Shown piece after piece: positions 1 to 10,345 of a DNA stretch of 64,000 nt (the first letter of the stretch is position 1; every line of letters starts with the position of its first letter). A program made the position numbers and the translations under genes. The notes under the pieces are model-generated. The model was given only the letters and a program-made list of their open reading frames with translations, made no database searches and was not told where the DNA came from. This stretch comes from Bdellovibrionales bacterium (lineage in GTDB: Bacteria; Bdellovibrionota; Bdellovibrionia; Bdellovibrionales; DASUEL01): contig JBFWOZ010000004.1 in the NCBI GenBank assembly GCA_050250255.1, positions 43,557-107,556 on the forward strand, given 5' to 3'.

Positions 1-1
1 T

Positions 2-280
2 TATCAAGAGATCCTTGGAGATCTTCATAACCTCTTTGGAGACACCGATGCCGTTCATATCAACATCACCGAAGCGGGTTACACCGTTGAGGATGTTGTA
101 GAAGGTGATTCCGTAGCCGAAGTTCTTTCTTACGTTCAGTACGAAAGATCAGAACTAGTCGACAGCATTCGTCGTGCAGCTGAGGCGGGGATTCAGCGCG
201 GAACGATCACAAAACAAGAAGCTCGCCTCCTCTTAAAGCATTATGAGGAAGGCTTAGCAGGCTACACTTACTTGGAATAA
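2..280 (+). CDS. speA: Biosynthetic arginine decarboxylase, 3' end (partial at window edge)
   Basis: Frame 2 reads YQEILGDLHNLFGDTDAVHI...GYTYLE*, the characteristic SpeA C-terminus; immediately upstream of agmatinase. Not in ORF track. Confidence 0.9.
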   Translation, partial: YQEILGDLHNLFGDTDAVHINITEAGYTVEDVVEGDSVAEVLSYVQYERSELVDSIRRAAEAGIQRGTITKQEARLLLKHYEEGLAGYTYLE

Positions 281-282
281 GA

Positions 283-1335
283 ATGAGCTTTAACCCTAAC
301 GATGTCGCTTCAGCAGATTCAGGTATTTTTGGTCTTCCCTACACGGAAGATGAAGCGAAGCTCGTAATTGTGCCGATCCCCTGGGAAGCTACGGTTTCTT
401 ACGGCGGCGGCACTTCACGCGGACCAGAACTTGTTTTACAGGCCAGCAAACAAGTCGATCTTTTCGACCTTGAACTTCAAAATGCTTTTGAAGTTGGCTA
501 CTACATGGAGCCCATCTCTCACGAAGTAGATTCCATGAACGAGCGGGCAAAATCTCGCGCGCAACTCGTGATTGAAGCGGCCATACATCCCGAATCTCAC
601 AAGAACAAATCAGAAATCAATGAGGCCTCAGAAGAAGTAAACGTTCTTGGCGATAAACTGAACACTTGGGTTTACGAACAAACTAAAAAATGGCTCAAAA
701 AAGATAAGCTCGTCGGCCTTTTAGGGGGAGATCACTCCACTCCTTACGGAGCCATTCGTGCCATCAGCGAAAAATATAAAGGTGACTTTGGGATTTTACA
801 TATCGATGCCCATGCGGATCTTCGTGATGCCTATGAAGGCTTCACTTGGTCTCACGCGTCCATCATGTTCAACGTCATGCAAAGTGATTTCAAACCCAAA
901 AAACTTGTTCAGATAGGAATCAGGGATTTTTGTGAAGAGGAATATGAGCTTATTCGCTCTCGTGATGATATTAAAAGTTATTTCGATACTGAAACTCAAA
1001 GAAAACTTCTAGCAGGCAAACCTTGGGCTGAACTTGCCGAAGACATGATTTCTCAACTTCCTGAGAATGTTTATGTTTCATTCGATATTGATGGTTTGGA
1101 TCCCAGTCTTTGCCCCAATACAGGCACACCAGTTCCTGGTGGATTAAATTTCCACCAAGTTCTTACTCTCTTGCGGCTCCTTCACGAAAAGAAAAAACGC
1201 ATCGTGGGTTTTGACCTTAACGAAGTCTCTGGCGGTTCTGAGAGCATTGAATGGAACGGCAACATTGGAGCTCGTATCCTCTACAAACTTTGTGGTTGGA
1301 CCGTGATCACAAATCAACTCTATAAACCCACATGA
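283..1335 (+). CDS. speB: Agmatinase (arginase/ureohydrolase family)
   Basis: GGDHS, DAHADL, SFDIDGLDP and GTPVPGG motifs; follows speA. Confidence 0.9.
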   Translation: MSFNPNDVASADSGIFGLPYTEDEAKLVIVPIPWEATVSYGGGTSRGPELVLQASKQVDLFDLELQNAFEVGYYMEPISHEVDSMNERAKSRAQLVIEAAIHPESHKNKSEINEASEEVNVLGDKLNTWVYEQTKKWLKKDKLVGLLGGDHSTPYGAIRAISEKYKGDFGILHIDAHADLRDAYEGFTWSHASIMFNVMQSDFKPKKLVQIGIRDFCEEEYELIRSRDDIKSYFDTETQRKLLAGKPWAELAEDMISQLPENVYVSFDIDGLDPSLCPNTGTPVPGGLNFHQVLTLLRLLHEKKKRIVGFDLNEVSGGSESIEWNGNIGARILYKLCGWTVITNQLYKPT

Positions 1336-2279
1336 GAGTAACGCCTAAGGCTCAAGCTGAGAAATTTGCTACTAAGCTCATCTCAGATCCGGTCAAAAGA
1401 GAGCAGTTTCTCGAATTTCTTTTTCAAGATTGTGAACAAACAAGTCTCATCTGCCTTTCTCCAGAAACTCAGAACTTACCATTTGAAACCTTGGAACCCT
1501 TCCCGCAGCAACCCTCCTTTATTCAAAGACCAAAGAGTAAATCAGAAGCCACCAAAAGTCCGCTCCATGAACAAGGCGCCTATTACTGTCTCGATTATTC
1601 CTCGGTCTTAGAAGCCCTACCTTTAACTGCGTTAAAGCTTCATCATCCTGTTGTTCTCGATCTCTGTGCCGCACCTGGAGGAAAATCTCTCTTTGCGTGG
1701 CGGGCACTACAACCAAGTCTTCTCCTTTCAAACGAAGTGACTCAATCTCGCGTGAAGATGTTAATCTCGAATATCAAACGCTGTGGTGTGAAGCCCGTAA
1801 AGATTCTTTCGCAAGCCCCACAGAAACTTGTGGAACGCCTTGAAAGCTCCGTGAACGTCCTCTTGATCGATGCTCCTTGCACCGGCCAATCCCTCGTCGC
1901 CAAAAAACAATCGGCACCAGGCGCGTTTAGCACTCACCAAATTAATGGAAATGCCATGAGACAAAGAGGCATTATTTCGAGCGGCGGCCAAATGCTTGCA
2001 AGCGGCGGCTATCTTCTTTACACGACTTGCACCTACTCGAGAGAAGAAAACGAAGATATTATCGAATGGTTCTTAAAAAAGAATGACGACTTCGAGTCGG
2101 TTGCGGTCCCAGCACTTTTAGAATTTCAGTCGGAATTTATGAAAGAAAATTGTTATCGTTTTTGGCCCGATCCTCAAAGAGGTGCCGGTGGATTCTCTTG
2201 CCTCTTGCGACGAAAAGGGGATGCTCCCGAGGCTCTTCCAGATCTCACAGAGCTTCCACATGTCTGGGCAAATATTTAA
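1332..2279 (+). CDS. RsmB/RsmF (NOL1/NOP2/Sun) family RNA m5C methyltransferase
   Basis: DLCAAPGGKS, DAPCTG and YTTCT..EENE motifs; ATGA overlap with speB. Confidence 0.85.
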   Translation: MRVTPKAQAEKFATKLISDPVKREQFLEFLFQDCEQTSLICLSPETQNLPFETLEPFPQQPSFIQRPKSKSEATKSPLHEQGAYYCLDYSSVLEALPLTALKLHHPVVLDLCAAPGGKSLFAWRALQPSLLLSNEVTQSRVKMLISNIKRCGVKPVKILSQAPQKLVERLESSVNVLLIDAPCTGQSLVAKKQSAPGAFSTHQINGNAMRQRGIISSGGQMLASGGYLLYTTCTYSREENEDIIEWFLKKNDDFESVAVPALLEFQSEFMKENCYRFWPDPQRGAGGFSCLLRRKGDAPEALPDLTELPHVWANI

Positions 2280-3227
2280 TTATTGCGTGAGAAGCTCTTG
2301 AACCGTTTCTGAAGTTTCAAATTTTCGACCAATCTCAATCATTGGATAGTAAGAGCTAGGAAGTCGATTGTACTCATTTTCATCTCTTCGCGCCTGCTCC
2401 CATATATTACGAATTTCAGTCGCCTCTTTTAAAACCGTAGCAATGAGAGCTTTATTATTTTTATTTTTTAAAATGAGAGCCGAATAAAGTTTTTTATCTT
2501 TCGCCTGAAAATCAATCAAATATTCCATTAGGACATTTCGTCGATGGATCATTTCAAGAGGAGTTAACGAAACCGTATTGGTTCTCCAATCAAGCCATGG
2601 AAATTTATTTTGGATGTTGACCTTAACGCTTGAGATATGGAGCTTTTCTAAAAGGTATTGCAGTTCGAGATCTTTAGATTTTTCATCATTTCTTTTAAGC
2701 ATGGCCATATCGACTTCTTGTAGAGCCGCCGTATCGGTTTTGAGGTTGGTATTCACACGCGGAAATTCTGATTTCTTTTCTAAGCAACCCCACTTATCCG
2801 TCTTGGGTAAATACATGCATTCTTTGGAACCCAAGTCGAAATGCACATCGCCCGCGGAGTGAGCAAGCTCGGTGTACACATCGGCCTGATCAATATCACC
2901 GCATTTTAATGTTCGATCTAAACCCGCCAGAGGATTATTGGTTTTATTTTTTTCGTTAAAACGCTTCACAAGATTGCGGATGACTTGAAGATCATGCTTC
3001 TCGATCACCGCTAGCATATCGGCACGGCATTTTTTTACCTCAGCCTGACTCACTTTCTCTTTTTGAGCATCGGCTAAATTGAAAATTTTTTGAGTGGTTG
3101 TGCAACCTGTAAAAACCAATAAGCTTATAGCAACAGTGAATTTCACGAGCTTTTCCTTATTCTTATTGTTCAAATGCATAGGCCGCAGAAAACAAAAAGG
3201 CCGAGTTATAAATTTCGTAATTCTCAC
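2280..3227 (-). CDS. Hypothetical lipoprotein
   Basis: Long ORF; lipobox-like AISLLVFTGC. True start is probably downstream of 3227. Confidence 0.55.
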   Translation of the reverse strand: MRITKFITRPFCFLRPMHLNNKNKEKLVKFTVAISLLVFTGCTTTQKIFNLADAQKEKVSQAEVKKCRADMLAVIEKHDLQVIRNLVKRFNEKNKTNNPLAGLDRTLKCGDIDQADVYTELAHSAGDVHFDLGSKECMYLPKTDKWGCLEKKSEFPRVNTNLKTDTAALQEVDMAMLKRNDEKSKDLELQYLLEKLHISSVKVNIQNKFPWLDWRTNTVSLTPLEMIHRRNVLMEYLIDFQAKDKKLYSALILKNKNNKALIATVLKEATEIRNIWEQARRDENEYNRLPSSYYPMIEIGRKFETSETVQELLTQ

Positions 3228-3798
3228 TCACAGAAACCAAGCCACGAAGATATTGAAGACTTACAATAAAACTAGAGTCCTGATCTTGAATCCATCTCTT
3301 ACCCACACTCACTACGGCTTGGAAATCATAGTCTCTCGTTTTTAAGTGATACGTTTCGCTTACCTGTCCATCACTAAGATTAAGATGTTTAGAAAAAGCA
3401 TAGGAGGGTAAAATAGACGCTTTTACGAACCATGGATTAATTGGAGTGAGTTCATACTTCACACCAAGGGGAATGGCGAAATATCCGATGTCATAGTTAA
3501 TACTCAAGTTCTCGAATTTACCCCTAGAGCCGAGTTGGCGATAAAGAAAACCCGTTTCAAACGTCGCCTGTGTAGATCCAAATTCTATCAAGGCCCCAAC
3601 CCCATAACCAAATTTTTGACTTTGTTCGTAGTTGATATCACCTTGAAATGAACTCGTAACTAAGCTCAGCTCAGGACTAAAGCGACGTGTAAAACCCTTT
3701 TCTTTCTGAAGCATTTGGAGCGCTGGACTCACCGAGGCTGGATTTTCCGATGACCACGACAGACAAGTGGATAGGAAAAGACTTAAGAATAAAAACAT
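3163..3798 (-). CDS. Outer-membrane beta-barrel (porin-family) protein
   Basis: Signal peptide MFLFLSLFLSTCLSWS, alternating aromatic beta-strands, C-terminal AAYAF. Confidence 0.6.
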   Translation of the reverse strand: MFLFLSLFLSTCLSWSSENPASVSPALQMLQKEKGFTRRFSPELSLVTSSFQGDINYEQSQKFGYGVGALIEFGSTQATFETGFLYRQLGSRGKFENLSINYDIGYFAIPLGVKYELTPINPWFVKASILPSYAFSKHLNLSDGQVSETYHLKTRDYDFQAVVSVGKRWIQDQDSSFIVSLQYLRGLVSVSENYEIYNSAFLFSAAYAFEQ

Positions 3799-3932
3799 AT
3801 ATATCCCTCTTTGAAGGCTCATTTCTACTCAAAGGAGACTTAGGAATAAATATAAGAGATCGAAAATGAACTCTTTTCTATGAAAACTTTCCTCGGTTGA
3901 CCCTTAGGAGGGCCTTCTATAGCTAAATAGGT

Positions 3933-5135
3933 ATGACAAAAAAGTATCTGGTTTTATTTTCTATCATACTAGGCAGTTTCAAAGTGGCTTTCGCCCAAAT
4001 GCCTGCTTCTAAGATTCAACCCTTCTCTCCACTGACGGGTCCTTATGCGGTCGGTACAGTTCAATTTGAGTGGACGGATTTGGACCATGAAGAGATTTTT
4101 ACAAGCAAAGTGGGCGACAAAAGAGTGGTCGTCGCTCAGATTTGGTATCCCGCCAATAAGACCAACACTTCGCCCAATGCCCCTTATCTTTTGAGTCCAT
4201 TAGAATTTTCAGGTGTCACCAAAGATGCAAAACGACTTCAGATTGCCAATTCTCTAGTTCAAACTCGCTCCCATATAAATGTTCCGGTCGCCACCGCTCA
4301 ATCTCAATATCCGATATTAATCTATAATCCCGGCGGTGCGAACACTCGATTTCTTAGTTCCTTCGTAACAGAGCAACTTGCTAGTCATGGTTTCATTGTT
4401 GTTGCGATTGAGCATTACGGCAATAGCATGGCGACTCATTTTCCAGATGGTAGCCCCATGAATTTTGATCGCCCACCGGTCAAGCACTATCCAGAAGATC
4501 GTCCGCTTCCGTCTCCAGAGCAATACGAAAAAGAAGCTCTCGAGAGCATAAAGGAACGCGATGAGAACCTGATGCCGATTTATCTGCAAGATACTCATTT
4601 TATTATAAGTAAAATTCGAGAACTTCATCGAACAAATAATCTTTTTCGTGGTCGATTTAATTTCGATAAATTAGGAGCACTCGGATGGTCTTTCGGAGGT
4701 GCTACTTCGATACAACTTCTTGTAAACGACAGAAGGTTTAAAGCTGCCGCAAATCTCGATGGCCAACTCTCAGGAGTCGGTAAAGAATCAATGGAAACTC
4801 ACAAACCATTTCTCCTGCTCACAAGCTCACCAACAGAGTATTCGAAAGACCCAATGGGAAAGGTGATGGCTCGGCTGGATAAAATGACCGCACGCTGGAC
4901 CACCTGGCTCTTAAACTACTCAACAGGCCCTCGCTACCATTCGGCCGTAGCAGGAACGGATCACGGGAGTTTTTCTGATTGGAATATCCTTCTTGCGTTC
5001 GCTGATTGGCAATTCAAAATCCCTTCTAAAGATACGGAAGCCATCGAAGCTGCACGCAAAAAATACGAAGTTCAAAAAAATCGTGAGCAAACGATCAGTG
5101 ATTTAGTAGTAAAGTTCTTCCTCAGACACCTTTAG
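3933..5135 (+). CDS. Secreted alpha/beta hydrolase (PAF-acetylhydrolase-like)
   Basis: Signal peptide; GPYAVG, QIWYPA, LASHGFIVVAIEH, GWSFGG nucleophile elbow, NLDG, HGSFSD. Confidence 0.8.
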   Translation: MTKKYLVLFSIILGSFKVAFAQMPASKIQPFSPLTGPYAVGTVQFEWTDLDHEEIFTSKVGDKRVVVAQIWYPANKTNTSPNAPYLLSPLEFSGVTKDAKRLQIANSLVQTRSHINVPVATAQSQYPILIYNPGGANTRFLSSFVTEQLASHGFIVVAIEHYGNSMATHFPDGSPMNFDRPPVKHYPEDRPLPSPEQYEKEALESIKERDENLMPIYLQDTHFIISKIRELHRTNNLFRGRFNFDKLGALGWSFGGATSIQLLVNDRRFKAAANLDGQLSGVGKESMETHKPFLLLTSSPTEYSKDPMGKVMARLDKMTARWTTWLLNYSTGPRYHSAVAGTDHGSFSDWNILLAFADWQFKIPSKDTEAIEAARKKYEVQKNREQTISDLVVKFFLRHL

Positions 5136-5167
5136 CCCAAACCCTAGATAATAAAATATTAAAACGC

Positions 5168-6043
5168 TTATTTATATTGCAAAACTTTTTGCGAGCTCAC
5201 ACTCAACATCGTTTCGATTTCTTGGTTGGTAAAACCAATTTTTCGTAAATTCTCAAGAGTCGACACCATTGTGTTCGTCAAGATAGAGTCTGAGCCAAAC
5301 ACCGTGTTCTCAACACCCCATTTACGCACGTACCAGAGCAAAACATTTTTTTCGATATGGTCTTTATAGGCGTCACTAATCCAGCTTAGCTCCAAAAAGA
5401 CATTTCTTCGCGCATTAGGAGTGCGGTCATAGTAATTAAGCGCATAATCAAGACCACGGTAGTTATGAAAATACGTGTGAAAGAATACAAATGGAGTGTT
5501 CGGAAAACCTCTCGCTAGAACGGATAAGAAAATATCTGAAAACGGGTCGTAGAAAGCGGAGTGAACCAGGACAATCATATCTAAAGCATCGACTTTTGCG
5601 AAATAAGTACGAAACAACTGCTGTATTTCGACGCTTTGAAAATTCATTTTTTTCGAGTTCCCAAATGGATGAACTTTCACCGATTTTATTTTGAGCTCTG
5701 TATGGCAACGCTCAAGTTCTTCATGGGCCCACGTCACGTTCAGCGGAACCCCACAAGCTGCAATAAATTTATTAGGGAATTTTTCCGCCTGCTGTGCAAC
5801 GAATTCATTTTCGATTTGCGATTTAGCTCGCTCTGTCTCTTCTGTCAAATAACCCGAGCTAATGAGAACAGCTTTTGCGAGACCCGCTTCTTGCATTTTC
5901 GCAAGCACATTGTCGATATAGTCTGCGTCTTGAGGAGTCGCTGTCGATCTTACGTGTACATGAAAGTCCACCGACTCTGCTAGAGCTGGGAGCGCAAACA
6001 AATGAAAAGCCAAAAAGAAGTAACCAACTAATGTTTTATTCAT
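5168..6043 (-). CDS. Amidohydrolase_2 family metallohydrolase, secreted
   Basis: DFHVH, VKVHP, VLVH and FGSD motifs; signal peptide. Confidence 0.8.
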   Translation of the reverse strand: MNKTLVGYFFLAFHLFALPALAESVDFHVHVRSTATPQDADYIDNVLAKMQEAGLAKAVLISSGYLTEETERAKSQIENEFVAQQAEKFPNKFIAACGVPLNVTWAHEELERCHTELKIKSVKVHPFGNSKKMNFQSVEIQQLFRTYFAKVDALDMIVLVHSAFYDPFSDIFLSVLARGFPNTPFVFFHTYFHNYRGLDYALNYYDRTPNARRNVFLELSWISDAYKDHIEKNVLLWYVRKWGVENTVFGSDSILTNTMVSTLENLRKIGFTNQEIETMLSVSSQKVLQYK

Positions 6044-6283
6044 AAGTTCGATCTATGGGGATACACATTTTCTGTCAATAAAAGTTATTGACCCACCGAG
6101 CGGTGCGCACTGCCCGAGCGCGGCGATTCTCATGATCCGACCTTCGATAAGATAGTCTGCTCCATCTACCGTTCATTTTCTTTAAGCTTCGATTTTATTT
6201 TGCAACCTCCTCGAATGCCGCAGTCTGCAAGGTGCAAACTGGGATTCAAGGATAGAACCTCCTACTGAGAATAGGAGGAAGGT

Positions 6284-6409
6284 ATGAACAACCAACACAT
6301 TGTTCGTATCGTAAAAGACCGAAGAAAACTGAAGGCCTGGATTCGTAGAACGTATGTGATTTTATCTTGGTTGAAGCTTCTTTGGTTCATCTGGACTTTG
6401 TTCCGTTAG
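6284..6409 (+). CDS. Small cationic/hydrophobic peptide, 41 aa (MNNQHIVRIVKDRRKLKAWIRRTYVILSWLKLLWFIWTLFR)
   Basis: Strong SD AGGAGG (6273-6278) 5 nt before ATG; hydrophobic, Trp-rich C-terminal half; below the ORF-track cutoff. Confidence 0.55.
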   Translation: MNNQHIVRIVKDRRKLKAWIRRTYVILSWLKLLWFIWTLFR

Positions 6410-6616
6410 TTGAAGATCTCTTGTGGGTGGCTTTTTAAGCATTAGCATGGAAGGTGCTTTGAGGGCTGCGGCGCCTTCTTTGCGGTTCGAAATTCTACGT
6501 TTACACGAACAGTCCTCAGGTTAAAAGCATTGGAATTGCGACCATCAGTTTTAAAACTCATTTACTTCTCTTCCTCTTTTTGAATTATTTTTATACTACT
6601 AAGCATGCAGCATTAG

Positions 6617-7504
6617 ATGCTGCAGTTTGCAGCGCGAACTGTAGCGCTTATGGGGGTTCGTGTGTATATTCCGCCCATGACATCAGACACAACCCAAATT
6701 CAGGTAGAGGATTTTCGATTTCTTCTCCAGCAAGAGCTCTTGAAGAGAACAACTAAAAATCCAAAGTACTCCATGCGCGCTTTTGCTCTTCATTTGGGAG
6801 TTAGCTCTCCTGTTTTGTCACATCTATTGGCTGGCCGAAGACCTTTGACTGAAAAACTAATTTTTAAATTTAGCCAATCCCTGGGACTTCCTCCAAATCA
6901 TGTTCATTTTTATATTTCAATGCTGCAAAAAAATACTTCTTCATCAGGTAAAGAGGCTATGCCCTTTTCCACATTGTCTCTTGATACATTTCATGTGATT
7001 TCTGATTGGTATCACGACGCCATTCTTGAGCTCACCCACATTCCTCATTTTCAACCAAAACACAAATGGATTGCCCGAGCGCTTGGAATTTCAGTTAACG
7101 AAGTGAGTGTAGCTGTAGAGCGTCTTGTACGCCTAAAATTGTTGTCAGTAGATCAAAATAATAAATGGCAAGACAACTCTAGGGACAACACCACTCAAGC
7201 ACATCCTGACATCAGTTCTGTTGCCTTAAGAAAATATCAAGAAAAAATTCTTGAGCTTTCGCTGGAGTCACTTCGTAATGTTCCTAAATCTCAGAGAGAT
7301 CATACTTCAACTATGACAGCTATCGATAGCTCCGATCTTGATGAAATAAAAAATCGCATTAAGAGATTTCGAAAAGAATTAAGTGATTTTCTGCAAAGAG
7401 ATGGCATAAAGCCTAATCAAATTTATCAACTTTCTGTTTCTTATTTTCCATTAACCAAAATTGAACAAGAAAACCCAGGAGAACAAAATGAATACATTGG
7501 TTAA
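6617..7504 (+). CDS. TIGR02147/DUF4423-type HTH regulator-like protein
   Basis: NPKYSMRAFALHLGVSS..LS.LL.GRR HTH, ISDWYHDAILEL, and C-terminal YQLSVSYFPLT. Start is probably 6677 (MTSDT). Confidence 0.75.
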   Translation: MLQFAARTVALMGVRVYIPPMTSDTTQIQVEDFRFLLQQELLKRTTKNPKYSMRAFALHLGVSSPVLSHLLAGRRPLTEKLIFKFSQSLGLPPNHVHFYISMLQKNTSSSGKEAMPFSTLSLDTFHVISDWYHDAILELTHIPHFQPKHKWIARALGISVNEVSVAVERLVRLKLLSVDQNNKWQDNSRDNTTQAHPDISSVALRKYQEKILELSLESLRNVPKSQRDHTSTMTAIDSSDLDEIKNRIKRFRKELSDFLQRDGIKPNQIYQLSVSYFPLTKIEQENPGEQNEYIG

Positions 7505-8072
7505 GCTGCTAAGTCTTGCGATCATATTTACCAGCATAGTTCCCGTTCATGCTCAAAGAAGTAAGGATCGAGGTGGACAACTTATTAAGAATCCAATACC
7601 AAATCTCCGATTTGAATATAACTGTAACCTCAACTGGATGAACTTAGAACCCACCTTAAAGGGATTTGCAGTGGGACAGACAAGCTTTAAACTTAGCAAT
7701 TCAATTCACGAAGTAAGCTCTGAAGATTTCATGTGGCGCTATGGATATACATCTTCGCCTGTCTATCGCGACGATATGAAAGTTCAGTGGAGTGAGACTG
7801 GTAACCCATTACAAAATTTGAGGCTATTTTCAGCAAGTGTATTTATTCATCAACTACAAGAGACAACTACAAACGTAATAGATCTTCAAAACTTCGCTGT
7901 AGATCTCACTTTACTTTTTCTTGTTCAGCGCGGCTCCACAGTGCTCCAGGTACGAAGTGGAACTAGAGGCTCCTTGGCTGATTTAGTTTTAAGAGCTATT
8001 GTGGGTGTTGACTCGTTTGAGTCTAACCAGCGACAAGGATCTTATTCTTTCAATCTAATTTGTAAACAGTAG
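7488..8072 (+). CDS. Secreted hypothetical protein
   Basis: AGGAG RBS before ATG 7488; signal peptide ending VHA. Confidence 0.65.
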   Translation: MNTLVKLLSLAIIFTSIVPVHAQRSKDRGGQLIKNPIPNLRFEYNCNLNWMNLEPTLKGFAVGQTSFKLSNSIHEVSSEDFMWRYGYTSSPVYRDDMKVQWSETGNPLQNLRLFSASVFIHQLQETTTNVIDLQNFAVDLTLLFLVQRGSTVLQVRSGTRGSLADLVLRAIVGVDSFESNQRQGSYSFNLICKQ

Positions 8073-8105
8073 TTCTAAAAACAATAACAAGTGAATGGAA
8101 AATGT

Positions 8106-8624
8106 ATGTTCAAAATTAACTTAGGCATCCTAACAACTCTTTGTTTGCTTACAGTAAGCGCAAAGGCTGACAAATATGGAGATCTTGAAAAACTTTATCA
8201 AACTGGAAGTCTACCTAGCTACGCTTCCATTGCAAACGGTTACAGTGGCCGTTGTTACTTAGTTGGTAATAATGTCGGTGCCGGTGCATTATCATTTGGA
8301 CTGTTTTCGAATGGTGCTCAAAAAGCTGTATTTTATTCTGAAAAAAGCTTGGCCCCTGATTACTTTGATGTCCTGACCATTGAAACGGTTGAACTTGTTA
8401 GAAGACTCACGGTCTCTATTTACCCATACAACAGCCAGACTATGAACAATAGTATTTATAGCGAGAGTGCTCTCTACAACACAGCAATGGGAGAAATTGT
8501 CACAAGGGCTTGGTGGAGAATGACGAGCGAAGGATTTGTAACCAAAGTGGAAGATACTATTAAAAATATTTCTGGATCAACGACTCAGAAATTCTTTTGT
8601 CAGTTTATAAAAAGAATTAACTAA
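8106..8624 (+). CDS. Secreted hypothetical protein
   Basis: Signal peptide ending AKA; Cys near both ends. Confidence 0.65.
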   Translation: MFKINLGILTTLCLLTVSAKADKYGDLEKLYQTGSLPSYASIANGYSGRCYLVGNNVGAGALSFGLFSNGAQKAVFYSEKSLAPDYFDVLTIETVELVRRLTVSIYPYNSQTMNNSIYSESALYNTAMGEIVTRAWWRMTSEGFVTKVEDTIKNISGSTTQKFFCQFIKRIN

Positions 8625-8679
8625 ATATATTTTAAAACTATGAATTTTGTCGTCGAGATACACTTGATGAGGAGTAAAT

Positions 8680-9213
8680 GTGAAAATTATGATTGTAGTT
8701 CTTTTAAGTGTTTTTATTCATCTGTCTTACGCCTCTGCCGAGAGTGGAAGCTTTCGTTGCATTGACGAAATTGATCAACCTGGTGAAGTTGGCAAGTCTC
8801 TCGAACTAAGGGTGGAAAAGGGATGGGGAGATGCATCGATGGTTTTCATAACACCCTCAATCCTCGGGTCAACTGAGCTTGTTGAATTGTTTCGAATTCT
8901 AGAACCTGACCCTTACCCGCGTGATGCGTCCTTACGTTTTGACGGAGGTCTGGAAAACTCTGACTGCCAAATTACTTCTGATAGTAACGGTGAAATTCTA
9001 GGCTTTACTTGTGACTATCGACTTCGCGGAGCTGGCTTCTTTAATTTAGTTCCTGGCAATGGAGTCGATATTGCGAATGTACTCGTTCGTGGGGAAAAGG
9101 TTAATAATTCAATGGTAATTACTCACGATATGGTTTTTACAAAAATCGATGACACCGCCTCGCAACCTCTTACATTTGTGTTTAGAAGCATGAACAAGTG
9201 TATCCTTCTATAA
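8680..9213 (+). CDS. Secreted hypothetical protein
   Basis: GAGGAG RBS, GTG start, signal peptide ending ASA, four Cys. Confidence 0.65.
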   Translation: MKIMIVVLLSVFIHLSYASAESGSFRCIDEIDQPGEVGKSLELRVEKGWGDASMVFITPSILGSTELVELFRILEPDPYPRDASLRFDGGLENSDCQITSDSNGEILGFTCDYRLRGAGFFNLVPGNGVDIANVLVRGEKVNNSMVITHDMVFTKIDDTASQPLTFVFRSMNKCILL

Positions 9214-9258
9214 ATAATGGACGCTGAGTAGGCAATTTAGAAAATACTAATTAAGGAT

Positions 9259-10017
9259 ATGGAAGATATTATGAGAACTTTAGGAATATTAATTTCAGTT
9301 TTGGTCGCTTCAACTAGTTTTGCAGGTAACTTTCAGAAAATAAAAGAGATTCCAAATCGCGATCCAATTTTATTTGGACCCGGTTGCGCAACTCCAGGTC
9401 AACATGCTCCAAAACTGCAATTTGACCCTCGTCTTCAAAATGGGTCGGTTCATGAATATAAGTATGTCCAGACGGATGCTTCGGGATTATTTAAATCTGC
9501 TAACTATGTAGTGACAGCCCAAAATATTTCATTGCAGAAGCTTGAAGAAAATTACAATTTAATATCGGTAAAGGGTATTAATTATAGCGGTCAAACTTCA
9601 GGTTCGGCAACGTGTTGGATGAATGAGAGTAACACATGCCAGTTTATTCCTTCAGCTTCGAATGAATTTGCAATGTTAGTTTGGGATCATGACTACATTT
9701 TTAGGCCGGAGTTTTGCACAGTTACTAATACCCTTAGTTACACTTTGAAAACGTTTAAGGGAGTTTACATGTTCCCTAGTGGAAAAACTGTGGAGGCATT
9801 CCAAATTATTCAAAATACAAATGCTGAAATTTTCTGCCTTGATGGATACATCGGCGTGGCGTCCGAAATATATTCTGAAGTTGTATCTAACGTAGTACCC
9901 AGTCGTCCTAAGGATCGAAACTTTTGCGGCGGAGTAAAACTCCTTACTTCGACTGAAATCAAGGTTGGCAGTAATTCGAAGTCTCATAAATCTTTAGAGC
10001 TTCTCTCTCAAAGATAG
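9259..10017 (+). CDS. Secreted hypothetical protein
   Basis: Signal peptide ending SFA; six Cys. Confidence 0.65.
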   Translation: MEDIMRTLGILISVLVASTSFAGNFQKIKEIPNRDPILFGPGCATPGQHAPKLQFDPRLQNGSVHEYKYVQTDASGLFKSANYVVTAQNISLQKLEENYNLISVKGINYSGQTSGSATCWMNESNTCQFIPSASNEFAMLVWDHDYIFRPEFCTVTNTLSYTLKTFKGVYMFPSGKTVEAFQIIQNTNAEIFCLDGYIGVASEIYSEVVSNVVPSRPKDRNFCGGVKLLTSTEIKVGSNSKSHKSLELLSQR

Positions 10018-10050
10018 GTTGCTTGGGTTCATAAAACACTAGTTTGAAAC

Positions 10051-10079
10051 AAAAATGGCGCTCAAGATCTCGAGCGCCA
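10051..10079. terminator. Stem-loop, probable intrinsic terminator
   Basis: TGGCGCTC-N8-GAGCGCCA preceded by an A5 run (U tract on the minus strand). Confidence 0.5.
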
Positions 10080-10345
10080 GATGATTCTACTAAGCTAAAA
10101 CATTTCTCATGATCTCAAAAGCTCACCTTTCTTGGCTAGCTTGAATAAAACACAGTGTTAACTGTGTAATTCATAAAGGCTGTTTATTGTTCTGTCTTGA
10201 GCGTAGGTAACATTTTTATCGGGCGGTCTTCGTTAGAGACTTTAAATCGAAATTTAGTGATCATTCGGCCAAGTTCATAATTGTTGCCACGGATATAGTT
10301 TATTTGCATGAAATGGGGTACAGGATTACCAGGAGGAACTTTTAT

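Noticed and set aside
10150..10167. ACACAGT-N4-ACTGTGT palindrome sharing GTTAACTGTGT with the recA upstream region (55600-55610)
   Set aside because: An 11-mer match is expected by chance many times in 64 kb, and there is no further support.
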